From the NCBI GenBank assembly GCA_946409145.1, contig CAMJVA010000001.1, positions 1 to 41,458 on the forward strand: 41,458 nt of DNA, written 5' to 3'. This document shows positions 32,131 through 41,458 of the stretch, in pieces. Below the pieces are notes generated by a model that worked only from the letters and a program-made list of their open reading frames with translations, was not told the DNA's origin and made no database searches. The translations under genes and the position numbers were made by a program. This DNA is from an uncultured Enterococcus sp. (GTDB taxonomy: Bacteria > Bacillota > Bacilli > Lactobacillales > Enterococcaceae). The first letter of the stretch is position 1. Each line of letters opens with the position of its first letter.

Positions 32131-33069
32131 ATGGAAAAAAAGAAAAACAACGGCATGATGGCGGTGTTTGCTGCCTTAGGGGCAAATATTTTAGTAGCCA
32201 TTAGTAAATTTATAGGTTATTTGTTAAGTGGTAGTGCAGCAATGTTAAATGAATCCATTCACAGTGTGGTAGATTGCAGCAATCAAGCACTTTTATTAGT
32301 GGGAGACAAACGGGCCAATCTTGGACAAAGTCAGTTACACCAATTTGGTGAAGGACGGGCGAAGTATTTTTTTAGTACTATTGTAGCCACTATGCTCTTT
32401 TTTGGTGGTGGCGCTCTTGGGGTAATGGAAGCTATGGAAAAGCTTTTTCATCCAGCTCATGAAGTGAACAATCAATGGTTAGTCATTATTATTTTACTAT
32501 TTGGCTTAGTGGTAGAAGGAAGCTCATTACGCATTGCTCTTAAAGAAATTCACCATTTGAATACGGAAAAATTACCTTTATTCAAATTTTTACGAGAAAG
32601 TCGTCATAGTGAAATTTTGATTATTTTTACGGAAGATTTTTGTGCAGTTATTGGGTTATTGCTAGCTTTAGTGGGAACATTTTTAACCATGGCAACAGGT
32701 AATGGCGTGTTTGATGCTTTAAGTGGTTTATTAATTGGTCTGTTATTAATATTTGCGGCTATTTTTTTAGCGCGGGAATTTTATAGTCTTATTATTGGGG
32801 AAAGTGTTACCGCAGGAGACTTAGAAAAAATTTCTCAAGCTTTCAAGCGTCCTGACGTGGATCATCTTTTAGATTTAAAAACATTACATTTATCAGCAGA
32901 TGAAATTATGATTGCGGCTAAAGTAGACATTCAAGGAGAAAAAGAAGAAGTAGCCTACTCCATTGTTAACGAGATTGAAGCGAATATTCGTGGGAGTTTG
33001 CCTGATAAAAAAGCGTATATTTACATTGAAGTAGATGAATATCAATCTAATTACCAAAAGCATCATTAA
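32131..33069 (+). CDS. Cation diffusion facilitator (CDF) transporter
   Basis: SGSAAMLNESIHSVVD, HQFGEGR, six TM helices, cytoplasmic C-terminal domain. Confidence 0.9.
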   Translation: MEKKKNNGMMAVFAALGANILVAISKFIGYLLSGSAAMLNESIHSVVDCSNQALLLVGDKRANLGQSQLHQFGEGRAKYFFSTIVATMLFFGGGALGVMEAMEKLFHPAHEVNNQWLVIIILLFGLVVEGSSLRIALKEIHHLNTEKLPLFKFLRESRHSEILIIFTEDFCAVIGLLLALVGTFLTMATGNGVFDALSGLLIGLLLIFAAIFLAREFYSLIIGESVTAGDLEKISQAFKRPDVDHLLDLKTLHLSADEIMIAAKVDIQGEKEEVAYSIVNEIEANIRGSLPDKKAYIYIEVDEYQSNYQKHH

Positions 33070-33217
33070 TTTTACGGAAAAATTATCTTTAGTCTAATTA
33101 AGATAAACTACTCTCGTCAAAAAATCATTTCTGAGTAAAAGATGTCTTTAAAAAATAGCCGCACTTTTTTTCTCGTCTGTTATAATAAACTAAAAGACAG
33201 AGAAAGGGCGTTTTAAT

Positions 33218-34177
33218 TTGGCAACTTTACAAGATGTGGCAAAATTAGCTAATGTTTCTAAAATGACGGTTTCCAGAGTCATTAACCACCCGGAACAAGT
33301 GACCGATGAATTACAAAAATTAGTTTATGCAGCGATGAAGGAATTAAATTATCAGCCAAATATTGCCGCAAAAGCCTTAGTGAATAATCGAAGTCAAATT
33401 ATCAAATTATTTATTTTAGAAGAAATTGACACTACTGAACCTTATTATATGTATTTACTTTTAGGAATTGCTAAAACCTTAGAAAAAGCTCACTATGCCC
33501 TTCAAGTAGTCACTGATCCTTTAGTGGATTTTGGCAGTTGTGATGGATATATTATTACCGGATTTCGCAAAGAAGATTTTTCTTGGGTAAAAGAATTGGA
33601 AAAACCCGTGGTGTTATTTGGGGAAAATGAACAAGGACTTGATTTTGTAGACAGTAATAATAATTATGGAACCGTCATGGCGACAAATTACGCCATTGAG
33701 TGTGGCTATGAACATTTAATTTATGTAGGAATTGATGTGAAAGAAGCTTTTGAAATGTCCCGGGAACTTGGATATCAAGAGGTCATGGGAACTTTGGAAA
33801 AAGAAGAAAAGATTATTCGTTTTCCTAATCGTTCGACCATTACTGAAAAATATGTTAAAGAAAATTGGGATAAATTTTTGCCTAATACTTGTTTTATTTG
33901 TAGCTCCGACCGTTTAGCTTTAGGCCTTGAACGAGGTATTTTAGCCATGGGAGGGAGTATTCCTAATGACTTTGGAATTATTGGTTTTGATGGGGTCTTT
34001 TTAGATCAAGTTTCTTCTCCTAAATTAACGACCTTAAAGCAACCGGTGGCAAAAATGGGGGAAGTAGTGGGAGAAATGTTAGTGAAAAAAATTGAGAGTA
34101 ATGGAAAATCTCAAGGATTTAGACGTTTTTTACCTCAATTAATTAAAAGAGAATCCACTAGATTAAAAAACCGCTGA
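33218..34177 (+). CDS. mdxR: LacI-family repressor, MdxR/YvdE-like (TTG start)
   Basis: DVAKLANVSKMTVSRVINHP, LEEIDTTEPYY; maltodextrin context; extended -10 TGtTATAAT at 33178. Confidence 0.8.
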   Translation: MATLQDVAKLANVSKMTVSRVINHPEQVTDELQKLVYAAMKELNYQPNIAAKALVNNRSQIIKLFILEEIDTTEPYYMYLLLGIAKTLEKAHYALQVVTDPLVDFGSCDGYIITGFRKEDFSWVKELEKPVVLFGENEQGLDFVDSNNNYGTVMATNYAIECGYEHLIYVGIDVKEAFEMSRELGYQEVMGTLEKEEKIIRFPNRSTITEKYVKENWDKFLPNTCFICSSDRLALGLERGILAMGGSIPNDFGIIGFDGVFLDQVSSPKLTTLKQPVAKMGEVVGEMLVKKIESNGKSQGFRRFLPQLIKRESTRLKNR

Positions 34178-34198
34178 GAAAATTTTCTCAGCGGTTTT
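34167..34198. terminator. Perfect 32-bp palindrome / bidirectional terminator containing both convergent stop codons
   Basis: AAAACCGCTGAGAAAA|TTTTCTCAGCGGTTTT. Confidence 0.75.
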
Positions 34199-34388
34199 GA
34201 AATGAAAAGAAATATAGGAAAAAAGGCGCAATCACGGAAAAAATAAGATAGGCTAAAGAAATAATCAACGCCCAAAGACGCATTTTCTTTTTGGGAATAA
34301 GGGTTTCAGGAACAAGGTAAACTAGGGAAAAAACAATGGCAAAGAAGAAAAAAGTTTTTCCTTGAAAAAGCAAGCTAATAAAACTCAT
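34188..34388 (-). CDS. Hypothetical 66-aa membrane protein (2 TM)
   Basis: SD AGGAGG 6 nt before ATG; two hydrophobic segments separated by a basic loop (PKKKMR); fills an otherwise empty gap. Confidence 0.6.
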   Translation of the reverse strand: MSFISLLFQGKTFFFFAIVFSLVYLVPETLIPKKKMRLWALIISLAYLIFSVIAPFFLYFFSFQNR

Positions 34389-34453
34389 AGGAGACCTCCT
34401 GAGATATTTAAAATCAGCATATCATAATCAAAAAACTTATGAAAGAGAAATCT

Positions 34454-34467
34454 TGTTATCGCTAACA
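34454..34467. promoter_or_regulatory. LacI-family operator (MdxR or cre)
   Basis: TGTTATCGCTAACA pseudo-palindrome. Confidence 0.65.
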
Positions 34468-34546
34468 CTTTAAAAAAGTCTTTTAAGAGATGAAATTTTT
34501 AAATGAACAGGTCATAATAAAGGAAACGGATTCAAGGAGGAATATT

Positions 34547-36319
34547 ATGCAAACAGCTGCTCTTTATCATCGCCCTGACTCAGAATTTGCTTATTTATAC
34601 ACGAAAGATAGAATGCGTCTTCGCTTAAAAACAGCTAAAGATGATGTAGCAAAGGTCTCTTTAATTAAAGGAGATCCTTATGATTTTAATGAAACAAAAT
34701 GGTACTTAGATCAACTCCCTATGAAAAAAACTTTATCAACTAAAACCCATGATTTTTGGGAAATTGAAGTGGAAAGTGTTACTCGTCGTCTTCAGTATGG
34801 TTTTTATTTATTAGGGGAAGATGGACTAAGTGCTTTTTATGGGGATCAAGGTTTATTTCCTTATGAAGAAGAATTTTTAAGTGTGCCCAATTATTATTTT
34901 CGTATGCCTTATTTTCAAGAAATTGATCGTTTTAAAGCTCCAAGTTGGGTGAAAGATACAGTATGGTATCAAATTTTTCCAGAAAGATTTGCTAATGGAG
35001 ATAAAACAAATGATCCAAAAGGAACGCTACCTTGGGGAAGTAAAGCTCCAGACCGGGAGGATTTTTTTGGTGGAGATTTAAAGGGAATTATTGATCATTT
35101 AGATTATCTTGAAGATTTAGGGATTACGGGTATTTATTTGTGTCCAATTTTTAAAGCCCACTCTAACCACAAATACGATACCATTGATTATTTAGAAATT
35201 GATCCTAGTTTTGGAGATAAAAAAACTTTTAAAAAATTAGTAGATTTGTGTCACGAAAAAGGGATTAAAGTCATGCTTGATGCAGTATTTAATCATATAG
35301 GTGACACATCTCCACAGTGGCAAGACGTGATTAAAAATGGTGAAAAATCAAAATACGTGGACTGGTTTCACATTCATAGTTTTCCAGTGGACACTTATGT
35401 CATGGTAGGAGAAGAAACTGCCGCTCATTTAACCTATGATACCTTTTCCTATACTCCTCATATGCCAAAATTAAACACCGCTAATCCTGAAGTACAAGAT
35501 TATTTATTAAACATTGCCACTTATTGGGTGAAAGAATTTCATATTGATGGTTGGCGCTTAGATGTGGCCAATGAAGTGGATCATCATTTTTGGAAATTGT
35601 TTCGAAGAGAAATTGAAAAAATTAATCCTGAAGTGTATATTTTAGGGGAAATTTGGCACTCTTCACAAGCTTGGCTTTCAGGAGATGAGTTCCATGGGGT
35701 AATGAACTATGCCTTTACAGATGCCATGAAAGATTATTTTATTAAAAGACGGATTACTCCTAGTAAAATGGTTTCTGGGATGAATGAGCAACAAATGCTT
35801 TACAAAGACCAAACGAATGAAGTGACGTTTAATTTACTCGACTCCCACGATACAGCGCGTATTTTAACTTTGGCTCAGGAAGATAAAGATTTAACCTGTG
35901 CCACTTTAACCTTTATGTTTTTACAAAAAGGCGCTCCCTGTCTTTATTATGGAACAGAAATTGGCATGACAGGTCTAGATGATCCTGATTGTCGTAAATG
36001 TATGATTTGGGAAAAAGATCAACAAGATACTCAAATGCTTGATTTTACGAAAAAATTAATTGCCTTTAAAAAAGAGAATAATGATATTTTAAGTACAGGA
36101 GAAACGATTTGGGAAAAAGTATCTGATGAAACCAATCAAATTATTTTAAAACGCCAAGAAAAAAATGCGCAGATTACTGCTTATTTTAACGAAGGAGAAA
36201 GTGATTTTATCATTGATACTCGTGGTAAATTACTATTAAGCCAAAATGCTTTCCAAGAAGAAAATACCTTTACTTTAAAACGTCACGGTTTTGTAATTGT
36301 AAGAGAAAAGACTGAATAA
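34547..36319 (+). CDS. GH13 neopullulanase/cyclomaltodextrinase/maltogenic amylase (590 aa; start moved to 34547)
   Basis: WYQIFPERF, DAVFNH, GWRLDVAN, GEIW and LLDSHD motifs; SD AGGAGG. Confidence 0.92.
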   Translation: MQTAALYHRPDSEFAYLYTKDRMRLRLKTAKDDVAKVSLIKGDPYDFNETKWYLDQLPMKKTLSTKTHDFWEIEVESVTRRLQYGFYLLGEDGLSAFYGDQGLFPYEEEFLSVPNYYFRMPYFQEIDRFKAPSWVKDTVWYQIFPERFANGDKTNDPKGTLPWGSKAPDREDFFGGDLKGIIDHLDYLEDLGITGIYLCPIFKAHSNHKYDTIDYLEIDPSFGDKKTFKKLVDLCHEKGIKVMLDAVFNHIGDTSPQWQDVIKNGEKSKYVDWFHIHSFPVDTYVMVGEETAAHLTYDTFSYTPHMPKLNTANPEVQDYLLNIATYWVKEFHIDGWRLDVANEVDHHFWKLFRREIEKINPEVYILGEIWHSSQAWLSGDEFHGVMNYAFTDAMKDYFIKRRITPSKMVSGMNEQQMLYKDQTNEVTFNLLDSHDTARILTLAQEDKDLTCATLTFMFLQKGAPCLYYGTEIGMTGLDDPDCRKCMIWEKDQQDTQMLDFTKKLIAFKKENNDILSTGETIWEKVSDETNQIILKRQEKNAQITAYFNEGESDFIIDTRGKLLLSQNAFQEENTFTLKRHGFVIVREKTE

Positions 36320-36370
36320 AAAAATTCCTAGACCTTAGAAAAGAAATTTTCTAGAGTCTAGGAATTTTTT
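36319..36370. terminator. Bidirectional terminator between the GH13 gene and the ABC operon
   Basis: AAAAAATTCCTAGAC...GTCTAGGAATTTTTT. Confidence 0.85.
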
Positions 36371-36378
36371 GTTTTAAA

Positions 36379-37218
36379 TTAACCTTTAACAGCGCCAGCA
36401 GCAATACCTTTAATAATGTATTTTTGACACGTTAAGTAAAAGACAATAATTGGAATAATTGAAACCACTAACATGGCCATTAATGCGCCCATTTCTCGTC
36501 CACCGTAAGAGCCGGTTAATACAGATTGCACAGCAATGGGAATGGGTTTATAGTCACTATTTAAAACTAAAAGTGGGAGAAGGTAGTCATTCCAAATCCA
36601 CATGGTATTTAAAATAGCCACAGTAATCGCAGTAGGTCTAATCATTGGGAAGACCACAATGAAAAATGTTTGCAATGGATTACACCCATCAATCATCGCT
36701 GATTCTTCAATTTCCACAGGGACGCTTTTAATAAAACCTACAAACATGAAAACAGAAAGTCCTGAACCAAATCCCAGATAAATTAAAATAATACCAATGG
36801 GGTTTCCTAAAGACATCATGTCAGAAATTTTACTCATGGGAAACATAACCATTTGGAAAGGAACAATCATACTAAAAACGAATAAATAATATAAAACAGC
36901 GGTAAATTTATTTTTAACCCGGGCAATATACCAAGCGGTCATAGGTGTAAAAATAATAATCACAGCAACAGAGAAAATAGTAATAAAAAGGGAGTAAGCA
37001 ATGGAGCTAATAAAATTGGTTTTAACAATTCCGTTTAAGTAATTTTGCACGCCTACAAAAGATTCACTATTAATAAAGGCAAAAGGATCAGAAGAAATAT
37101 ATAATTTCCCTTTAAAACTATTTAATAAAATGACAAAAACGGGAAACAAGAACAAAATAGCCGCGGCAACTAATAATACTAAAATCAGTAGTCTTGGACC
37201 TTTTTTTATTTTTTCCAT
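36379..37218 (-). CDS. Carbohydrate ABC permease (MalG/AmyC-like)
   Basis: EAA loop IEESAMIDG, WNDYLLP, C-terminal GAVKG. Confidence 0.92.
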   Translation of the reverse strand: MEKIKKGPRLLILVLLVAAAILFLFPVFVILLNSFKGKLYISSDPFAFINSESFVGVQNYLNGIVKTNFISSIAYSLFITIFSVAVIIIFTPMTAWYIARVKNKFTAVLYYLFVFSMIVPFQMVMFPMSKISDMMSLGNPIGIILIYLGFGSGLSVFMFVGFIKSVPVEIEESAMIDGCNPLQTFFIVVFPMIRPTAITVAILNTMWIWNDYLLPLLVLNSDYKPIPIAVQSVLTGSYGGREMGALMAMLVVSIIPIIVFYLTCQKYIIKGIAAGAVKG

Positions 37219-38063
37219 TAATTTTCCACCTCTTTACTTCTTGTGGCTCTAAGTTGAATAAAGGCAACAATCGCCACCATTAAAAAGAAAATAACGGCTT
37301 TGGCTTGTCCCACACCTTCATATCCCAAGCGGCCATAAAAGGTGTTGTAAATATCTAAGGCTAACATGGTTGTTTGTTTACCAGGAGAGCCGCCAGTTAA
37401 GGCTAAGTTTTGGTCAAATAATTTGAAAGAATTGGTAATGGTTAAGAAAGTACAAATAGTTACAGAAGGCATAATGTTTGGCACCACAATCCGTGTTAAA
37501 GTTTGGAAATTTGTAGCCCCATCAATAGCTGCTGCTTCTCTTAAATCTTCGGAAACATTTTGAATTCCAGCAATATAAATAATCATCATATAACCGATCA
37601 TTTGCCAATTCATAAGGACAATTAATCCCCAAAAACCATATTTAGCGTCTACGGTGATATCCACTCCAGCACTGGATAAAATCGCATTAATAATAATTTG
37701 CCAAATATAACCAAGAACAATTCCGCCAATTAAGTTAGGCATGAAAAAGACGGTTCTGAAAAGATTGCTTCCTTTTAATCCTCTGGTTAATAAAACTGCC
37801 AAAATAAAGGCAATTAAATTAATGGTTACCACAGAAACCACTGTAATTTTCAAAGTAAACAAAAGGGCATTAACAAAATCTTTATCACTAAAGATTTTTG
37901 CATAGTTACTAAGACCTACCCACTTTGCATCAGTGACGGTGGTAAATTTACAAAAGGATAAATAGATACCCATGAAAAAGGGAACAATAAAAGCAATAAT
38001 AAAGGCAATTAAGGTTGGTAAGACAAATACCGGAAACCATTTTTTTATTGTTTTTGATAACAT
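37218..38063 (-). CDS. Carbohydrate ABC permease (MalF/AmyD-like; start moved to ATG 38063)
   Basis: EAAAIDGA, FKLFDQNLALTGG; SD-like AAGTGGGA. Confidence 0.9.
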   Translation of the reverse strand: MLSKTIKKWFPVFVLPTLIAFIIAFIVPFFMGIYLSFCKFTTVTDAKWVGLSNYAKIFSDKDFVNALLFTLKITVVSVVTINLIAFILAVLLTRGLKGSNLFRTVFFMPNLIGGIVLGYIWQIIINAILSSAGVDITVDAKYGFWGLIVLMNWQMIGYMMIIYIAGIQNVSEDLREAAAIDGATNFQTLTRIVVPNIMPSVTICTFLTITNSFKLFDQNLALTGGSPGKQTTMLALDIYNTFYGRLGYEGVGQAKAVIFFLMVAIVAFIQLRATRSKEVEN

Positions 38064-38088
38064 AATAATCCCACTTTCATTAACATGA

Positions 38089-38127
38089 AGCTCTGTAAGA
38101 AATGAAGCGATCACTTCTTACAGAGCT
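38089..38127 (-). other. Intercistronic stem-loop after the solute-binding protein gene
   Basis: AGCTCTGTAAGAA / TTCTTACAGAGCT 13-bp arms with no strong U-run. Confidence 0.7.
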
Positions 38128-38136
38128 AGAAAAGTT

Positions 38137-39501
38137 TTATTCGCTAACTGTATTTTTGTATTCTGAAGCCCAATCCTTAACGGTATTTTTAACGACTTCA
38201 TCCCATTTCATGGAACCTTGAGCATATTGTAATAAGTTTGCTCCAAAGTTGTCTTTGAAATATTGGCTAGGGTAAGAAGTGAAGGCCCAAGGAACACTGT
38301 TTACTTTTTCGTTGGAATCCCAGTCCATAACAGATTTTCCTAAAGGATCACTCGGTCTTTCTTCATCGGAGAAAGTGTCAAATGGAGCAATGAATCCAAG
38401 ATCGTCAATGACATGTTTTTTACCTTCATCAGAAGTGTATAACCAAGTTAGGAAATCTAAAGAAGCTTTTTGATCTTCTTTTGAAGCTTTAGAGTTAATG
38501 CAGAAGAAGTTTTCTGTTCCAATACATAAACCTTGAGTGTCATCTTCAGGCATTCCAGTGTAAAGAGGTAAGAAACCAATATTTTCAGATTTTACTACGT
38601 TACCATCTTCAGCAGAAATTTGACTCCAAGCCCAGTTACCATTTTGCACCATTGCTGAATGACCTAAGGCAAATTCAGACATGGAATCATTAACAGTTTT
38701 AGAACCTAACATTCCTTTTTCAGTAGTGGAATTATTTAAGTATAAGTCAAATAAGTTTTTGAAGTTGTCTGAGTAAGTGAATTTAATTTCACTCGTTTGT
38801 TTGTTATCGTTCCAGTCAATATCGTCTGCTTTAAATTCATAGTAGAAAGGAACGTTAGATAAGTGAGTTTGCCAGCGCCAATCTTCTCCAGAAGCTAAAG
38901 AAGTGCTTGAGAAAACTCCTTCAATTCCTAAATCATCTTTTTTAGCTGTCATATCTTCAGTAACTTTTTTCAATGTATCAAAGTTAGTGATTTCATCAAT
39001 GGATTTCACTACGGCTCCGTCCATGTCGAAATATTTTTGCATAATTTCAAGATTGTAAACAATGCCGTATCCTTCAATAGCTAAAGGAATACCGTAAACT
39101 CCGTCTCCATCTTTAATGGCAATGCTTTGATCGTTTAGATGACCATATAATTCAGAGTCGGCTAAATCTAAAGTGTAATCTTTCCAAGTGTTATAACCGT
39201 TTTGTCCGTTAATTTGGAAAATAGTTGGGGCATCACTTTTAGCCATTTCACTTTTCAGCTGAGTTTCATATTCACCAGCAGCGGCTGTGACAACTTTAAC
39301 CTTCACATCATTTTCTTTTTCATATTCTTTAGCAATTTTCTTATAAGCCTCTTCTTGTTCTGGCTTAAAGTTCATGAAGTAAATTTGCCCGTCTTCACTT
39401 TTTCCACCTGAAGAATTATCTGATTTGCTTCCACATGCTGCTAGTCCAGTTGCTACTCCTGCTAGCATTAACATTGATAAAATCTTTTTATTTGTTTTCA
39501 T
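38137..39501 (-). CDS. Sugar (malto-oligosaccharide) ABC solute-binding lipoprotein (start moved to ATG 39501)
   Basis: Lipobox LAAC; NFKPE, SAMVQNGNWAW; SD GAGGAGGAG. Confidence 0.9.
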   Translation of the reverse strand: MKTNKKILSMLMLAGVATGLAACGSKSDNSSGGKSEDGQIYFMNFKPEQEEAYKKIAKEYEKENDVKVKVVTAAAGEYETQLKSEMAKSDAPTIFQINGQNGYNTWKDYTLDLADSELYGHLNDQSIAIKDGDGVYGIPLAIEGYGIVYNLEIMQKYFDMDGAVVKSIDEITNFDTLKKVTEDMTAKKDDLGIEGVFSSTSLASGEDWRWQTHLSNVPFYYEFKADDIDWNDNKQTSEIKFTYSDNFKNLFDLYLNNSTTEKGMLGSKTVNDSMSEFALGHSAMVQNGNWAWSQISAEDGNVVKSENIGFLPLYTGMPEDDTQGLCIGTENFFCINSKASKEDQKASLDFLTWLYTSDEGKKHVIDDLGFIAPFDTFSDEERPSDPLGKSVMDWDSNEKVNSVPWAFTSYPSQYFKDNFGANLLQYAQGSMKWDEVVKNTVKDWASEYKNTVSE

Positions 39502-39544
39502 GTTGCTCCTCCTCAAACTGAATTATGTTGCTGGTGATATTACC

Positions 39545-39653
39545 AGTTAACGCTTTCAAATTATCATAGCTTTTTAATAATTTCAAGGGATAATAAACTG
39601 TTACCGGTATCAAAAAGTAACCGATTGCAATTATTAATTTATCAAGTCATAAT
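39545..39653. promoter_or_regulatory. Divergent promoter region with cre/LacI operators and the malP promoter
   Basis: TGAAAGCGTTAACT (minus strand, 39545-39558); TGTTACCGGTATCA (39599-39612); AGTAACCGATTGCA (39616-39629); TTGCAA-17-CATAAT (39625-39653). Confidence 0.65.
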
Positions 39654-39761
39654 GGAGGCGCAAGAAGGAGAAAGTGTCAGAAAAAGTGTGCACTTTAAAA
39701 ATTCACTCTTCTTTAAGTCACTCGCTATATTAAAAATCTTTAATGAAAAGGAGTTTTTAAC

Positions 39762-41458
39762 ATGTACAAACGACTATTTGAGATAGATCCTTGGAAAATT
39801 TCCACGAAAAAATTTCAACCGGTGGATAAACGTCTGCAAGAATCCATTACCTCCATTGGAAATGGCTATATGGGTTCTAGAGGAATGTTTGAAGAAACTT
39901 ATTCCGGAGATACTCACCAAGGTCTTTATTTAGCCGGTGTGTGGTTTCCTGATAAAACTCGCGTAGGCTGGTGGAAAAATGGTTACCCAGATTACTTTGG
40001 TAAAGTGATTAACGCGTGTAATTTCATTGGAGTAGACATTTTGCTAAATGGAACAGTAGTGGATCTTTTTAAAGTAGCTCCAGAAGACTTTTTCTTGGAG
40101 TTAAACATGAAAAATGGCTTGCTAAAGCGAGAATTTATTTACAGTGTAGAGGATACAAAAGTAAAAATTACGTTTGAACGTTTTTTTTCCATTGTGCAAA
40201 AAGAATTATCTTGTCAAAAAATTTCCCTCACTGTCTTAAAAGGAAACCCAGAAATTTCTTTTGTCTCACAAATGAACGGCAATGTTTACAATGAAGATAG
40301 TAATTACGATGAAATTTTTTGGGAAGACCGAGGCTGTGGTTTTGAAGAAAATTTTGGCTTTTTAAGTACTGAAACAAAAGATAATCCTTTTAATACGCCA
40401 CGTTACACAGTTACTTATGCTATGGATAACCGGTTTAGTGAACCTGTCAAAGGATTAGAACAACAGGAAGAAATGTTTGTTGCTAAAAGTTTTTCACTTA
40501 AAGGAGAAGTTGGAAAAACTTATTCTTTAGAAAAATTTGTCTGGGTGGTGACAAGTCGCGATGTTACTTTGGACCAATTAGCAGTAGCTAAAAATGGTCT
40601 TAAAGATTTGGAAAAAGAAAATTTTACCACCCTTTTAAAGGCTCAAAGTGAGGCGTGGAAAAAACGTTGGGATCAAGCAGATGTCAAAATTTTCGGTTCA
40701 GACGAAGCTCAACAAGGAATTCGTTTTAATATGTTCCAATTATTTTCCACTTATTACGGAGAAGATGCGAGACTGAATGTGGGACCAAAAGGCTTCACAG
40801 GAGAAAAATATGGTGGGGCAACTTATTGGGATACTGAAGCGTGTATTGTCCCTATGTATTTATCCGTCACTCCTCAAGAAGTGACGAAAAAACTTTTGGA
40901 ATATCGGTATAAACAATTAGATGGGGCCTTTATTAATGCTAAGCGCCAAGGATTAAAAGGCGCATTGTATCCTATGGTGACTTTTACTGGAGTAGAATGT
41001 CACAACGAATGGGAAATTACTTTTGAAGAAATTCATCGTAATGGGGCTATTATTCACGCTATTGATAATTACACTAGCTATACAAAAGACCGGTCTTATT
41101 TAGACACAGACGGCATTAAAGTCGTCGTATCAGTAGCTCGTTTTTGGGCTGACCGAGTACATTTTTCAAAAAATGCTGGAAAATATATGATTCATGGAGT
41201 AACCGGTCCTAATGAATACGAAAATAACGTGAACAATAACTGGTACACTAATTATTTGGCTTCTTGGACCTTGAAATATGCCTTAGAAAATTTACCAAAA
41301 GCACAAAAGCAATCTCAAGAAGAATTAGCTGTCACAAAAGAAGAGCTAGCTCGCTGGAAAGAAATTGCGGAAAATATGTATCTTCCCTATGACGAAAAAA
41401 GACAAATTTTTGTGCAACATGATACATTTTTAGATAAAGATTTGCGACCAGCAAATAG
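39762..41458 (+). CDS. malP: GH65 maltose phosphorylase, 3'-truncated by the window end (missed by the ORF track)
   Basis: Translated by hand: MYKRLFEIDPW, GNGYMG, DKTRVGWWKNGYP, GPKGFTGEKYGGATYWDTE, GVTGPNEYENN; SD AAGGAG. Confidence 0.9.
   Translation, partial: MYKRLFEIDPWKISTKKFQPVDKRLQESITSIGNGYMGSRGMFEETYSGDTHQGLYLAGVWFPDKTRVGWWKNGYPDYFGKVINACNFIGVDILLNGTVVDLFKVAPEDFFLELNMKNGLLKREFIYSVEDTKVKITFERFFSIVQKELSCQKISLTVLKGNPEISFVSQMNGNVYNEDSNYDEIFWEDRGCGFEENFGFLSTETKDNPFNTPRYTVTYAMDNRFSEPVKGLEQQEEMFVAKSFSLKGEVGKTYSLEKFVWVVTSRDVTLDQLAVAKNGLKDLEKENFTTLLKAQSEAWKKRWDQADVKIFGSDEAQQGIRFNMFQLFSTYYGEDARLNVGPKGFTGEKYGGATYWDTEACIVPMYLSVTPQEVTKKLLEYRYKQLDGAFINAKRQGLKGALYPMVTFTGVECHNEWEITFEEIHRNGAIIHAIDNYTSYTKDRSYLDTDGIKVVVSVARFWADRVHFSKNAGKYMIHGVTGPNEYENNVNNNWYTNYLASWTLKYALENLPKAQKQSQEELAVTKEELARWKEIAENMYLPYDEKRQIFVQHDTFLDKDLRPAN

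Noticed and set aside
39674..39733. 19-codon GTG mini-ORF in the malP leader
   Set aside because: SD spacing is only 3 nt and there is no attenuator structure
41456..41458. Terminal TAG as the malP stop, implying a truncated pseudogene
   Set aside because: Out of frame (…GCA AAT AG); the gene simply continues past the window

Overview
Low-GC Firmicute chromosomal window. Ribosomal protein sequences and gene order suggest Enterococcaceae/Lactobacillales (inference). It is mostly housekeeping. In order: corA; a single-pstB pstSCAB-phoU-phoP-phoR operon; the complete S10-spc-alpha cluster (rpsJ..rplQ with secY, adk, infA, rpoA; no map or rpsD), with an S10 leader and an L17 downstream element; ecfA1A2T-truA; a minus-strand PAP2-mnmL(ytqA)-mnmM(ytqB) operon; a DUF1700-DUF4097 pair divergent from a GH73-4xLysM autolysin; a USP; a CDF transporter; and a maltodextrin locus (MdxR-like LacI, 66-aa membrane protein, GH13 neopullulanase, inverted ABC transporter, GH65 maltose phosphorylase cut by the window end). 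I see no rRNA, tRNA, CRISPR, prophage, transposase or defence genes, and I cannot claim a clearly new multi-gene system. The best leads are: (i) a 384-bp envelope-stress regulatory hub with LiaR/CesR-like, WalR and OmpR-type sites between a PadR-less DUF1700-DUF4097 operon and the autolysin; (ii) the small membrane protein whose stop codon shares a perfect 32-bp palindrome with mdxR; (iii) signs that the pst-pho operon and the sugar ABC cassette were acquired as modules; (iv) a possible alternative fold in L17DE. rpmD, rpmJ and malP, which the ORF track missed, were added. Several starts were corrected using Shine-Dalgarno (SD) positions.
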